NCBI GenBank assembly: GCA_963845065.1
Contig: CAWJQQ010000008.1
Coordinates: 192,001 to 256,000, forward strand
Direction of reading: 5' to 3'
DNA from: Nitrospirota bacterium
Lineage (GTDB): Bacteria; Nitrospirota; UBA9217
DNA: 64,000 nt
The notes beneath the pieces were generated by a model, which was not told where the DNA came from, searched no databases, and saw only the letters and a program-made list of their open reading frames with translations. This document shows positions 15,733 through 26,014 of this stretch, piece after piece (within the stretch, counting starts at the first letter, position 1; every line of letters begins with the position of its first letter). Made by a program: the position numbers and the translations under genes.

Positions 15733-17148
15733 ATGAAACGAGTATTGTGCATCACCTGCGTACTTATTTTCTGCTCGTTCAGTACGACAGTTTTTGCCGC
15801 CGATACGGCTGATCGGCTCAATAATCTCGAAGACACGGTGCAAAAACAATCAAAGACCATTGAAGAACAACAAAACACTATAGATTCATTGAAGGAAAGT
15901 TTCTCAAATCAAAAGGACCAGCGGCCCGTACAAAAGGGCCAAGAACCGCAGCAAACAAACCAGGAACTCCAGCAGAAAGTCCAAGAGTTGAACGAGAAAC
16001 TTGATCAAGTGGTCGAAACGCAGAAGAAGGAAATTCCAAGCGAATTCAATCCGGCCATCGGGCTCGTTGGTGAAACAATCTTCTCTTATCGCAGCAAAGG
16101 CTCAGAGGAAACGGGTAGCAACCGGCCTGGCGGGTATGATATATTTCAGCGTTCGGTGGAACTGAACGCAGCCTCGTCAGTGGATCCGTTCGCGAAGGGC
16201 TATGTAGTAGTCAACGCATCAGCCGACCCGGTTACAGGTGAATCGATTTTGGACGTCGAAGAGGCTGCAATCCAGACAACCTCACTGCAAGGGAACTTGG
16301 AGTTGAAGGCGGGGCGGTTCTTCGGCGAATTCGGCCGCCTGGGCTACATCCACGATCATGAGCTGCCTTTTGTCAATCGACCACTCGTACTCGAGCAGTA
16401 CATCGGCGGCGAGTCTAGAACGGATGGGTTGCAGATTAATTGGCTGGTTCCGGTCGAGCACTACATCAGCTTAACGCTCGGCACGGGTAATCAGTTTGGT
16501 GGAGATAACCCCCCAAACTTTATCGGAGATTACCGTCAGGGTAGCGGCTTGAACTATTGGGGACGCTTGTCTACATATTTTGACCTGACACCAGATATCT
16601 CACTCGAACCAGGTATCTCAGGCCTCTGGAATCCGAGTACCATTGCGCAATGGGCACCCGACCCCGCTAATCCATCATTTCCAACCGTGGATAGCAACAC
16701 GTTTACCGAACGTGAGCGTCGCCTCGTAGGAGTGGACTTGGTGCTGAGCTGGAAGCCTCTACGCAACAATCAATTTAAAACCATTACTTGGGGCACGGAA
16801 GTGCTGTACAGCGACAATCGTTATGATGTGACGGATCCTGCGGGCAATGCACTGCCCAACCGGTCCGTCAGCTCCACTGGTCTTTACTCATATATCACGT
16901 ACAAATTTCATCGGCAGTGGACAACCGGAATCCAATATGAATGGCTGGAAAACGAGCAGAACAATCAGGCCAAAACCTCCGCGGAATCCGCAAACATAAC
17001 ATGGGCCTTGAGCCACTGGAACCAGCTGCGCCTTCAATATACGCACACCGACAACAATGCTGCAACCGGCCTGCGCCCTGATGATGCCGTTTATCTGCAA
17101 TGGGCGTGGATCATCGGCTCACATGCGCATGGATGGCAGCAACGCTAA
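15733..17148 (+). CDS. Outer membrane beta-barrel protein, putative metal (Zn-regulated type) porin with N-terminal coiled coil
   Basis: Signal peptide, Gln/Glu-rich coiled coil, FNPAIG, VDPF, HDHELPFVNRP, C-terminal IGSHAHG; RBS GGAGGG. Confidence 0.75.
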   Translation: MKRVLCITCVLIFCSFSTTVFAADTADRLNNLEDTVQKQSKTIEEQQNTIDSLKESFSNQKDQRPVQKGQEPQQTNQELQQKVQELNEKLDQVVETQKKEIPSEFNPAIGLVGETIFSYRSKGSEETGSNRPGGYDIFQRSVELNAASSVDPFAKGYVVVNASADPVTGESILDVEEAAIQTTSLQGNLELKAGRFFGEFGRLGYIHDHELPFVNRPLVLEQYIGGESRTDGLQINWLVPVEHYISLTLGTGNQFGGDNPPNFIGDYRQGSGLNYWGRLSTYFDLTPDISLEPGISGLWNPSTIAQWAPDPANPSFPTVDSNTFTERERRLVGVDLVLSWKPLRNNQFKTITWGTEVLYSDNRYDVTDPAGNALPNRSVSSTGLYSYITYKFHRQWTTGIQYEWLENEQNNQAKTSAESANITWALSHWNQLRLQYTHTDNNAATGLRPDDAVYLQWAWIIGSHAHGWQQR

Positions 17149-17170
17149 ATCTGTATAGGAGGAATATGCT

Positions 17171-18103
17171 ATGAAATCCAAATTATTCAATTTAATATCG
17201 ATCATCGCGCTAACCGGGGCATTGTGTGGGTGGGCGGCGCCCGCTCATGCTGCCAAAGTTCGAATTGTAACGACGCTTACAGACCTCGCTGATTTTGCAC
17301 GAGCTGTGGGGGGGGACCTAGTCGACGTCCATAGCCTAGCGACGGGCGTTGAAGACACGCATGGGGTTCCGATGAAACCGAGCTTTGTACCGCTAATGAA
17401 CCGAGCGGACCTGCTGATTCTTGTCGGGTTAGATTGCGAGCACGCATTCCTGCCCGCGCTCTTGGAGGCGAGTAAGAATCCCAACATCCAGAAGGGCACA
17501 CCCGGCTATGTGGACTGCTCAAAAGGCATCTTCCCACTCGATGTGCCCAAGTCGACGGACCACTATCAGGGCGACGTTCATCCCTATGGCAACCCGCATT
17601 ACATGCTTGACCCGGTGTTGGCGAAGACCGCAATCGAAAACATCTACAACGCACTTGTAGCTTTCGCCCCACAGTATGAGACAGAACTCACACGCAACCG
17701 CGACGTTTATCTCGCCAAGCTAGATGCCAAAATTGCGGAGTGGAAGATGGATGCCAAACAGCTCAAAGGCGTGAAGTTTGTATCCTATCACGAGCATTGG
17801 CCATACTTTGCGAAGCGCTTTGGCATGGATTATTTCGGCACGATCGAACTGAAGCCAGGCATCGATCCGACCCCGCGTCACATTGAGGAATTAAGTAAAT
17901 CAATGATGTCCGAACATGTTACTATCGTCGTACGTGAGCCACAGTTTCCCGAAAAAGTACCGAAAAACATCGCTGAACAGACCGGTGCAACTATGATAAC
18001 ATTACCTATTATGCCTGGTGGCGTGCCCAATACGGAGACGTATATTAAAATGATGGATTACATTATTCACACGATGGTAACTGCCATGCAAGCAAGGCAA
18101 TAA
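17171..18103 (+). CDS. Zn/Mn-type (TroA/ZnuA family) ABC substrate-binding protein
   Basis: DTH, GDVHPYGNPHY, YHEHWPYF motifs. Confidence 0.9.
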   Translation: MKSKLFNLISIIALTGALCGWAAPAHAAKVRIVTTLTDLADFARAVGGDLVDVHSLATGVEDTHGVPMKPSFVPLMNRADLLILVGLDCEHAFLPALLEASKNPNIQKGTPGYVDCSKGIFPLDVPKSTDHYQGDVHPYGNPHYMLDPVLAKTAIENIYNALVAFAPQYETELTRNRDVYLAKLDAKIAEWKMDAKQLKGVKFVSYHEHWPYFAKRFGMDYFGTIELKPGIDPTPRHIEELSKSMMSEHVTIVVREPQFPEKVPKNIAEQTGATMITLPIMPGGVPNTETYIKMMDYIIHTMVTAMQARQ

Positions 18104-18158
18104 ATATAAGGAGAGGGGCTGTCCACCCGAGTTCTTGGGCGGACACTCATAACAGACG

Positions 18159-18872
18159 ATGACTGAATCACTAATCACGCTGGATAACCTGAGTATAGGC
18201 TACAACGGCCAGCCGGTGCTGTCCGGACTTACACTCTCCATTACCCGTGCAAGCTTCACCGCTATTCTCGGCGCTAATGGCTCGGGCAAATCGACATTAC
18301 TCAAAACGCTCCTTGGGCTGCTGCCGCCAGTCGCTGGCCGCATTGATATCTCATCGGCAGGTGCACCGCTCACGTTCGGCTATGTCCCTCAATCTAATCG
18401 GTTCGACTCGGTTTATCTGCTTACGGGGTTCGATGTCGCACTTATGGGCGTTTATGGTCGAATACGCGTGGGCCATCTCATCCCCCCGGAAGAACGTAAC
18501 TTCACGCGCGAATGTCTGCATGCAGTGGGTGCGGAGGGTTTTTTTCACAAGCGCTTTGCTGAACTGTCCGGCGGCCAGAAACAACGTGTGCTCATCGCTC
18601 GCGCCTTGGCAACACGCCCCGACGTCCTCGTACTGGACGAACCCACGGCGGGCGTAGACCGTGAGGCAACGACCGCCGTGCTAGAGTTCATTTCGGAGAT
18701 CTGCAAGGAAAAAAAAATCACGGTTCTGCTCGTTACGCACGACTTTTCGGCCGTCCGTCACTACGCTGAGAAATGCATCTGGCTGCACGAGGGAAAGGTT
18801 TTCCAAGGGGCAGCTGACGAACTGCTCACAGCCGAACGGATGGCGGAAATATTTGCAATAGGGATGGGTTGA
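18159..18872 (+). CDS. Metal ABC transporter ATP-binding protein (ZnuC-like)
   Basis: GANGSGKST, LSGGQKQR, LDEPTAGVD, GYVPQ. Confidence 0.93.
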   Translation: MTESLITLDNLSIGYNGQPVLSGLTLSITRASFTAILGANGSGKSTLLKTLLGLLPPVAGRIDISSAGAPLTFGYVPQSNRFDSVYLLTGFDVALMGVYGRIRVGHLIPPEERNFTRECLHAVGAEGFFHKRFAELSGGQKQRVLIARALATRPDVLVLDEPTAGVDREATTAVLEFISEICKEKKITVLLVTHDFSAVRHYAEKCIWLHEGKVFQGAADELLTAERMAEIFAIGMG

Positions 18873-18873
18873 C

Positions 18874-19743
18874 ATGGAGATACTTCAACAGATTCTCTCT
18901 TTTGATTTTCTTCTCCGGAACTCGCTTTACACCAGCGTGCTCGTCGGCTTCGCTTGCCCGCTCGTTGGTGTCTTTCTCGTCATGCGCCGGCTGGTGTTCA
19001 TGGGTGTGGCACTGCCCCAGATTTCCTCGACCGGTGTTGCTATCGCTCTCTCGCTTCCTCTGTGGCTTGGATTCAAACTGACCGAGCACGGCTCACACAG
19101 CGCGCACGCGCTCGCATTTGTCGGCTCAATAACATTCTCGCTGACCGCGATCCTTGTGCTGGCATTCCTGGAACGACGCGGGCGCGGACAGCCTGAAGGC
19201 CGGCTCGGCAGCGCTTACGTTGTTGCCGCGGCGTTGAGTATTTTAGTGCTGTCAAAAAACCCCTACGGAGAAATCGGCTGGCTTGATATGCTGAAAGGGG
19301 AAGTCATCGCCATTTCAAATTTTGATCTTGTGCTGACCGCGGCAACGCTTACTCTTGTTCTTGTAGCACTAGGCCTGTCCCACAAAGAATTACTCCTCGT
19401 CTCGTTCGACCGCGAGATGGCAATTATTCTTCGTAAAAACGTCGTTTTCTGGGACGTTTTGCTCTATTTACTGATTGGATTAACTGTCTCGATGGCAGTA
19501 CTGAGTGTCGGTCCGCTCATCGCATTCGGATTTCTGCTGATTCCCGCGCTAACTGCGCACCAATACGCGCGCAACATGCGCCAGTTTACATTGCAGGCCT
19601 CTTTGATTGGCGGCGCAACCGCGTTTTTCGGCTTCTGGATGGCATATCGATGGGATTTACCGGTCGGCCCGACAGATGTTGTCCTCCTTGGTGTTCTCTA
19701 CGCGATAGGCTGGTTAGTCGCCAAGCTTCTCCCGAGAGATTAA
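18874..19743 (+). CDS. Metal ABC transporter permease (ZnuB-like)
   Basis: GVFLVMRRLVFMG, KELLLVSFD, DLPVGP motifs. Confidence 0.92.
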   Translation: MEILQQILSFDFLLRNSLYTSVLVGFACPLVGVFLVMRRLVFMGVALPQISSTGVAIALSLPLWLGFKLTEHGSHSAHALAFVGSITFSLTAILVLAFLERRGRGQPEGRLGSAYVVAAALSILVLSKNPYGEIGWLDMLKGEVIAISNFDLVLTAATLTLVLVALGLSHKELLLVSFDREMAIILRKNVVFWDVLLYLLIGLTVSMAVLSVGPLIAFGFLLIPALTAHQYARNMRQFTLQASLIGGATAFFGFWMAYRWDLPVGPTDVVLLGVLYAIGWLVAKLLPRD

Positions 19744-19982
19744 CGACTACTAACAAAAGGGTGAGCAGAGCAGTCCATTTTTGGAACAACGGTTCAGGAA
19801 TGAAGACTTCGGCCGCAACGGTTATGGTTGCTCGTTGAGTATAATTTATTTCGTTGTCACCGGCGTGCGTACCTAGAACATATAGTACCGCAAAATTACC
19901 GAGAAGATTAGTCGAAGATCTTTCCGGAGGGCTTCGGAGATCTAATAAGCAATGAATCCATCAACAAGATGAGGTGATTGTT

Positions 19983-20321
19983 ATGGCCAGATATTTTAGC
20001 AGTTTCAAGTTTAAGGCGGTTCTGATTTCTATCGCGGCTTGCATTCTAGTAGTGCTGTATAGTTATTTTATTGCGGACACCATCCAAACGAGAATAACCG
20101 ACGCGCAAATGACAAAGGTTGATGGAAGATTTATGATTGCTACCGAAGACCAGCCGTTTGTGAACGAGGATGTCTGGTACCGTTTCAAATTTGATTCTGG
20201 CACGGTCCAGAACGATGCGATACGGTTAAAAGGGAAAGTAGTAAAGATCAAGAAGTATGGCTGGAGAATACCAATCTTTTCCCAATATGAGAATGTCGTG
20301 AGCATTAAAGAGATAAGGTAG
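19983..20321 (+). CDS. DUF1523-like membrane-anchored protein
   Basis: N-terminal TM, FVNED..RFKFDS...YGWRIPIFS.YENV pattern. Confidence 0.65.
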   Translation: MARYFSSFKFKAVLISIAACILVVLYSYFIADTIQTRITDAQMTKVDGRFMIATEDQPFVNEDVWYRFKFDSGTVQNDAIRLKGKVVKIKKYGWRIPIFSQYENVVSIKEIR

Positions 20322-20556
20322 AGCGCTCACTGCTCGCGATATCGTGTAAGTCGTACGCTATGTATCTTATTAAGCCAGTCACACACACTTCAGTATCATC
20401 CTACGCTATAATAAATTACAAAACATAACCAGGAACTGCTGCGTGTTCTCAACGACACGGTATTGTCAGATAGATATTCTTTCGGGAAAGATGATGATCC
20501 TTATGCCGTGGCAGAGTCGATGAACAGGTAGCCCATACGGGAAAGGGAAAAATAAC

Positions 20557-20970
20557 ATGAGAACACCTCCTTGGATGGCGCCTGCAGTACTTGCAATGGT
20601 CCTGTGGGGCGTATGGGGATTGTTTCAGAAACTGGCCACGAACGAGATGTCGCCGCGGAATGTCTACTTTGCGTCTGCCCTCGGCGCGGTGTCAGTCGTC
20701 CTCGCCCTTCTGGCTACGACAAAATTTCCGATTCCCATGAACTACGAAGGTGCGTTTTTTGGGGTTCTTGCAGGCGTTTGCAGTTCGCTCGGCGGCCTGT
20801 TCTTCTTACAGGCCATAAGTAGAGGCGAGGTTGCGATCGTAATTACGTTTACTGCGCTTTACCCGCTGGTCTCGATCATCCTCTCCTTCATTCTTTTACA
20901 TGAAACGATCACTCTGAAGCAGGGCATTGGCATAGTTTTGGCGATATTTTCAATGGTACTGTTGGTGTAG
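20557..20970 (+). CDS. EamA/DMT family transporter (single domain)
   Basis: WGVWG, ALYPLV, LHETITLKQGIG. Confidence 0.88.
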   Translation: MRTPPWMAPAVLAMVLWGVWGLFQKLATNEMSPRNVYFASALGAVSVVLALLATTKFPIPMNYEGAFFGVLAGVCSSLGGLFFLQAISRGEVAIVITFTALYPLVSIILSFILLHETITLKQGIGIVLAIFSMVLLV

Positions 20971-21079
20971 AGACAGCGACATGTTGATGGAATTTGGAAG
21001 ACATATTAAGTGTAATCAGCATTAAGTATGATTTCTGTTGTTATATTTAAACAGAGAATCGATCAAGTCTCCCAGCCCG

Positions 21080-21108
21080 TTGACAGTTTCTTAGGGCGGT
21101 GCTATCCT
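21080..21108 (+). promoter_or_regulatory. sigma70-type promoter
   Basis: TTGACA-17bp-TATCCT with extended TG. Confidence 0.55.
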
Positions 21109-21188
21109 CAAACAAAGAATAGATAATATTCTGAATTTAGCGGTATTCGCTGACAGTAGTTAAAACGTAAGCAGAGAGGTAACCTGCT

Positions 21189-21464
21189 ATGAAATTCATG
21201 ATTGAATCACATCACTCCGAGCAAGAGTGTCTGAGGGCGCTGGATGAGCAGCTCGCAAAGGGGCCGGAAATTCTTAAGATGTTCAACTATGGCTGCATGT
21301 CAGGTGACCACACTGCATATGCGCTGGTGGACGTAAAAAATGATAGCGAGGCACGCAATCTTGTACCCGGCTTCTTACTAAACAAGGCACGGATCATTGA
21401 GGTAGGCATATTTACCCCCGAAGTAGTCAAGTCGCTTCATAACACCAAAGCAAAAGCGGCGTAA
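21189..21464 (+). CDS. Small hypothetical protein
   Basis: RBS GAGG, promoter upstream, H..EQC...GC..GDH pattern. Confidence 0.75.
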   Translation: MKFMIESHHSEQECLRALDEQLAKGPEILKMFNYGCMSGDHTAYALVDVKNDSEARNLVPGFLLNKARIIEVGIFTPEVVKSLHNTKAKAA

Positions 21465-21838
21465 GCATTCACGTCGTGAGGCAGAATTGACTGCAGTCCG
21501 GAGGGGAAGACAGAGAGCACAAGCACTTTACAAATTTTTTTGCGTAGTCTGCATCTCAGCGTGACGATAATTAGATCTATCCTGTAACGCCTTTCTCTGG
21601 GAGTGATGGCTGTCGTTATTCAAGTGCATTTCTTGATATGTTCCCTAGGCGGTGTTAAGCTTAGAAAAAGATATATGCTTTTCTGATAGACATGACCATC
21701 AGATAGAAGATTACAAAGGGAAAGAGGACGTTTTCGGATTGAAAAGTTGAATCGTTTTTGAAGAAGTGGTTTGGTCCAATTCAACAAAGGTGTCACGATG
21801 CGGGATGGGTAGCTTGGGACCCGCAGAGAAGAGGTGAA

Positions 21839-22789
21839 ATGTCGAGACCGTCTGCTGATTTTAAATTTGGAAATCAATATGCTATCATTGGCGGGTATAG
21901 GATTCACTACGTGGAGGCTGGGAGAGGAGATCCGGTGCTTTTTATTCATGGTAATCCGACTTCATCCTACCTGTGGAGGAATGTATTGCCGAGGGTGGCG
22001 GGCAACCTGGGCAGAAGAGGAATTGCCCTCGACCTCCTGGGTTTCGGAAAGTCAGACAAACGTGATGACGTGGTCTATACATCCCGTCTCCACGCGGACA
22101 TTGTAGAGGCATTCATCGAAAAGCTTGATCTCAAGAACTTAATTCTTGTTCTACATGAATGGGGCGGCCCGCTTGGAGCCGCCTATGCGGTCAATCACCC
22201 TGACAATGTCTGGGGACTCGCGTTTATGGAAACTTTTGTATGGCCCTATTCATGGAACGACCTCGGGAGGTTTGCGCCAGCGTTCCGGTTATTGCGTTCT
22301 CCGTTTGGTTATATCTTGATACAGATGATGAACATCTTCATGAATAAAATTCTTCCCCGCTCCGTGATACATAAGGAGAACTTGTCGCAAGAAGTAATGC
22401 GCCACTACCGGGAACCATTCCCAACCAATAGTTCACGGAAGGCTATAAGGGCTTTTCCGAAGCTCCTTCCGATTGCCGGCCAGCCAGCGGAGAGTGAGGA
22501 CTTTATCGAAGAAGTATATAAAAGGCTGCAAGGCGTGAAGTTCCCCTTGCTGTGGATCAAGGCAACGCCGGGAGCCATTGTTTCGAAGGAAACGGAATAC
22601 CATCTTCACCTCCTTCAAAATATTCTGCCGCAGCTCATCATCAAAGATTTTGGGCCGGGTATTCATTACCTCCAGGAAGACGATCCGGAAAAGATTGCTA
22701 ATCTGATCACAGAATGGGTGCGTCAGTGCAAGCGAACGAATTCCGATGCCGCCCATTGGCATCCAATAAGTGTTGATCGCGCTGCCTGA
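21839..22789 (+). CDS. Haloalkane dehalogenase-like alpha/beta hydrolase (HEWG instead of HDWG)
   Basis: HGNPTSSYLWRN, DLLGFGKSDK, HYLQED; RBS GAGGTG. Confidence 0.88.
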   Translation: MSRPSADFKFGNQYAIIGGYRIHYVEAGRGDPVLFIHGNPTSSYLWRNVLPRVAGNLGRRGIALDLLGFGKSDKRDDVVYTSRLHADIVEAFIEKLDLKNLILVLHEWGGPLGAAYAVNHPDNVWGLAFMETFVWPYSWNDLGRFAPAFRLLRSPFGYILIQMMNIFMNKILPRSVIHKENLSQEVMRHYREPFPTNSSRKAIRAFPKLLPIAGQPAESEDFIEEVYKRLQGVKFPLLWIKATPGAIVSKETEYHLHLLQNILPQLIIKDFGPGIHYLQEDDPEKIANLITEWVRQCKRTNSDAAHWHPISVDRAA

Positions 22790-22872
22790 TTACCACTATG
22801 CAGTCAGACGATGCCATGGTTAGAGAGAACCTGATCATACTTAATCAAGCAAAAAGGAGAGCTAAGACTAAT

Positions 22873-23745
22873 ATGAGAGCAGAAATATTAATAGGAGGAG
22901 CAACCGGTAACACAGGCCTTCCACTGGTGAAGCACCTTGCGGCCGCAGGTGTTCCCGTTCGGGCATTGATCCATTCCCCAGCTAAGAAGTCCCTTGTAGA
23001 GCACGAGAACGTGGAAACCATTGAAGGAGATTTTGCCAATGCCGGTTTGATCGAGCGGGCGCTCGAAGGAATATCGCGAGCCTACCTCGCTTCGCCAGCA
23101 TCCCCGGACCAGGTAAAATACCAAATCAATTTTGTTGATGCAGCGAAGGTTATGGGCATCAAACACCTAGTGAAGTTATCTGCAATCGGCACCGCGCCGG
23201 ATTCTCCGGTAGGCTTGCTTCGCTGGCACGCCGAGATAGAGGATTATATTAGGAAATCCGGGATCAATTATACATTCCTGCACCCACATTATTTCATGGA
23301 GAATCTTCTGGTCAATACCGAGTCTGTTATCAAGGAGGGGGCAATCTATTCACCTCTTGGAGAAACGAGGATCAGCATGATATCGGTACAAGACATCGCA
23401 GCGGCCGCAGCGGCGATCCTGATCGATGGAGGGCACATGGGGAAAACCTATACCCTGACAGGTCCAGAAGCGATGAATTTTAGCGAAATCGCAGAATCTC
23501 TGGGAGATATTGTCGGAAAGCACGTCAAATACGTTCAAGTCCCTTATGAAACAGCAAAAGCTGGAATGATCAAGGCGGGCATGCCGGCATGGTTCGCTGA
23601 CGATATCGTCATGCTCATGCAATCCTGGGGTAACGGGAAAGGGAGCATCGTAAGCACCTATGTGGAAAAACTGACGGGGAAGAAACCCATTGCTGTGCAT
23701 GAGTTTTTACTGAGGCATAGGAATAGATTCCTCGCTGCCGCATGA
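22873..23745 (+). CDS. NmrA/SDR family NAD(P)-binding oxidoreductase
   Basis: GATGNTG, VKLSAIG, YTLTGPEA; RBS AGGAG. Confidence 0.9.
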   Translation: MRAEILIGGATGNTGLPLVKHLAAAGVPVRALIHSPAKKSLVEHENVETIEGDFANAGLIERALEGISRAYLASPASPDQVKYQINFVDAAKVMGIKHLVKLSAIGTAPDSPVGLLRWHAEIEDYIRKSGINYTFLHPHYFMENLLVNTESVIKEGAIYSPLGETRISMISVQDIAAAAAAILIDGGHMGKTYTLTGPEAMNFSEIAESLGDIVGKHVKYVQVPYETAKAGMIKAGMPAWFADDIVMLMQSWGNGKGSIVSTYVEKLTGKKPIAVHEFLLRHRNRFLAAA

Positions 23746-23936
23746 ACGATAAGATCACCCACCCCCTTTGGGCTAGCGGCTAGCGGCTCCTCAATATGAG
23801 CCAACAGCCGCATTCATGACAGAGCCCCATGACGTGCTATGAATACGGATGTTTAGAAGGCACCGCATTTGTATTGGCAAATTATTCATTCCCCGCACGA
23901 ACCCTTTACAGCTTTTTCCTCCCGGTCTATCTTCTC

Positions 23937-24479
23937 CTATCTACCGTCTCGCGATGATCTACCTGAACCACCTGAGGCGCCAATCGCCCGCTCGACGTCC
24001 GGGTCCAGTTTGATGTACACTCTAGCCTTGCCATCCCGCAGCGAGTAGGAGATCAACATGATATCGGACTTGCCGAATTCCCAAGGAAGGTATAAGGGAC
24101 GCACTTCGTAACCGATAGTCCCGCCGCTGTCGTCGGGAATCCTCTCAAGCTTCGTCTGCCAGAGGCGGTAAGTAGTGCACTTGAGGAATGAATTGGCCTC
24201 GTTGAGCGCCTGTTGCGCTGGTACATTCGCCTTTACCTTGTAAGAGGTATCGAGATCAAATATCTCCAAAGGATATTTGCTTGAGTCGCTCACGAGGAAG
24301 GCTACGTTCTGTGCATCATCCGGATAGTGGCACCCATAGAGCAGCAGCGTATAGGTTCCCGTTACTGCCGCCGGGTCTGCTGCAGATGTCGTGAGTGGTA
24401 TTCCAGTCATGCAACTGGTTAGTGTAGCGGCAAAGACTAAGAATACCGCTGCGCTTAATACTCTTTTACTGCTTTCCAT
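23937..24479 (-). CDS. Hypothetical lipoprotein
   Basis: Signal peptide with LTSC lipobox. Confidence 0.75.
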   Translation of the reverse strand: MESSKRVLSAAVFLVFAATLTSCMTGIPLTTSAADPAAVTGTYTLLLYGCHYPDDAQNVAFLVSDSSKYPLEIFDLDTSYKVKANVPAQQALNEANSFLKCTTYRLWQTKLERIPDDSGGTIGYEVRPLYLPWEFGKSDIMLISYSLRDGKARVYIKLDPDVERAIGASGGSGRSSRDGR

Positions 24480-24773
24480 GCCCACCATTCTCCTTTCCTT
24501 CACACTAAACCGTGCCCTTTTTGGTTTACACCAATCATACTATATAGTATAAAGCTTTTTTGAATATTGTGCACCCTGAGGTGGACCCTTCCAGGAAGGC
24601 GTCCCCCCTATGTTAACCTGTAGCCCATAAAATAGTGACGTCTCGGTTGACTTTAGACTTTATTTCGGTATGATGGTAAGTAACTCTTATCTATGCGAAC
24701 TGCCGTTGCCTGGACTCGGTTTGTCTATTACGCTACGGAAAACATTTTGCCGTATGAGGGATTTTAAGATTTT

Positions 24774-25154
24774 ATGATGCAACGGGCGAACAAATGGGTC
24801 CTCGTGGTCGACGACTCTCAGACGATGCGTATGTTACTGCTGTTTCACGTGATAAAAATGATGCCTGGGGTCAAGATCGTAGAGGCTGTAAACGGCGCCC
24901 ACGCATTGGAAAAATTGAAGCAACAGAATGTCGACCTCATTCTTACGGATATGAACATGCCGGAACTGGATGGGGCCGGCCTGATCTACGCTGTGCGTCA
25001 TGATCTGAAACTAGAGACACCAATAATCATCATTACCACGAAAGGCGAGCAACGCGACCGAGAGGGTTGGATGGATTTGGGTGCCAATGGATATATTACC
25101 AAACCCATTGACGTCCGGCAATTCAGGGAAACAATACGAAAATATATTTCATGA
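24774..25154 (+). CDS. Single-domain response regulator (CheY-like)
   Basis: VVDDS, LTDMNMPELDG, YITKP. Confidence 0.93.
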   Translation: MMQRANKWVLVVDDSQTMRMLLLFHVIKMMPGVKIVEAVNGAHALEKLKQQNVDLILTDMNMPELDGAGLIYAVRHDLKLETPIIIITTKGEQRDREGWMDLGANGYITKPIDVRQFRETIRKYIS

Positions 25155-25300
25155 GCCTAAACGAGCAGGGAGTTACTGCTCCGGGGAATGCATGGCAGCT
25201 GAAAACGACCTGGGACGTACTGAAGACACCGGGTGACGCGGATGCGTACGGGAGACGTATCATTGTTTATAGCAAGATAACCTGTGAGAAAAATCGTTTC

Positions 25301-25492
25301 TTATTTCTTGCGCGATCTTGACGCCCTCGGGATCTTCTCCGGCTTCGTCTTCCCGACGACCGCATAGAGGTGATAAGCACAGTCCGGTCCGACGAGCCTC
25401 CTGGCGGATTCGAGAGAGATCTTTGCTTTCCCATCTATTATCAGCCGACGGTACAGGTACCGTAGCCGAATCTCCTCGGACTGCATTGTCAT
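25301..25492 (-). CDS. Small basic hypothetical protein
   Basis: 63 aa ORF preceded by GAAGGAAGG RBS-like sequence. Confidence 0.5.
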   Translation of the reverse strand: MTMQSEEIRLRYLYRRLIIDGKAKISLESARRLVGPDCAYHLYAVVGKTKPEKIPRASRSRKK

Positions 25493-26014
25493 CGTTAACC
25501 TTCCTTCAAATGGATCAAAAGGGGCAATGCCATTTTAACGTAATCCTACCCCTAAAGCATATGGGATTCTGGAATGCAAAGGGAGCTGCTGTCAGTATCA
25601 ACAGTCTTACTGCTTCACACCTAATGGTGGGATGCCCTCACCGTTCCAGTTTCAAATTCTTAGCGGGCAAAAGTTTTATCCGGCAAACTCCTTGCCGGAA
25701 CCCCCCATACGTTTGGTTTCATGGAACAGAGCAGGGATCCGTTTCACTGTCGTGAAGCATAGTTATTATAATATCATAGTAGTAAACATTTGTCAACTAT
25801 GCCTGTTCAGCGCTTTCATTCAACCATAGCATGTGCGGTTTTTCGCGCAGGGTTCCTAAAATTGTTTGGCAGGTAGCGCAAGAAAAAAAGTGTTCATTTT
25901 CCGATACCCTAAAAATACCTATCGAGGGCATTTACTTTTTGCGGGATTTAAGTATTATAGGTACTATAGGAATGATAGGCTGCTAATCAGTAGCGTGTAA
26001 AGGAATATTACGCA

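Noticed and set aside
25151..25321. ORF coupled (ATGA overlap) to the CheY-like gene
   Set aside because: 56 aa, no recognisable motif, overlaps an opposite-strand ORF
25500..26010. Possible c-di-GMP riboswitch upstream of the GGDEF-EAL gene
   Set aside because: GGCAAA words are present but the GEMM P1/P2 architecture could not be built; needs an Infernal search
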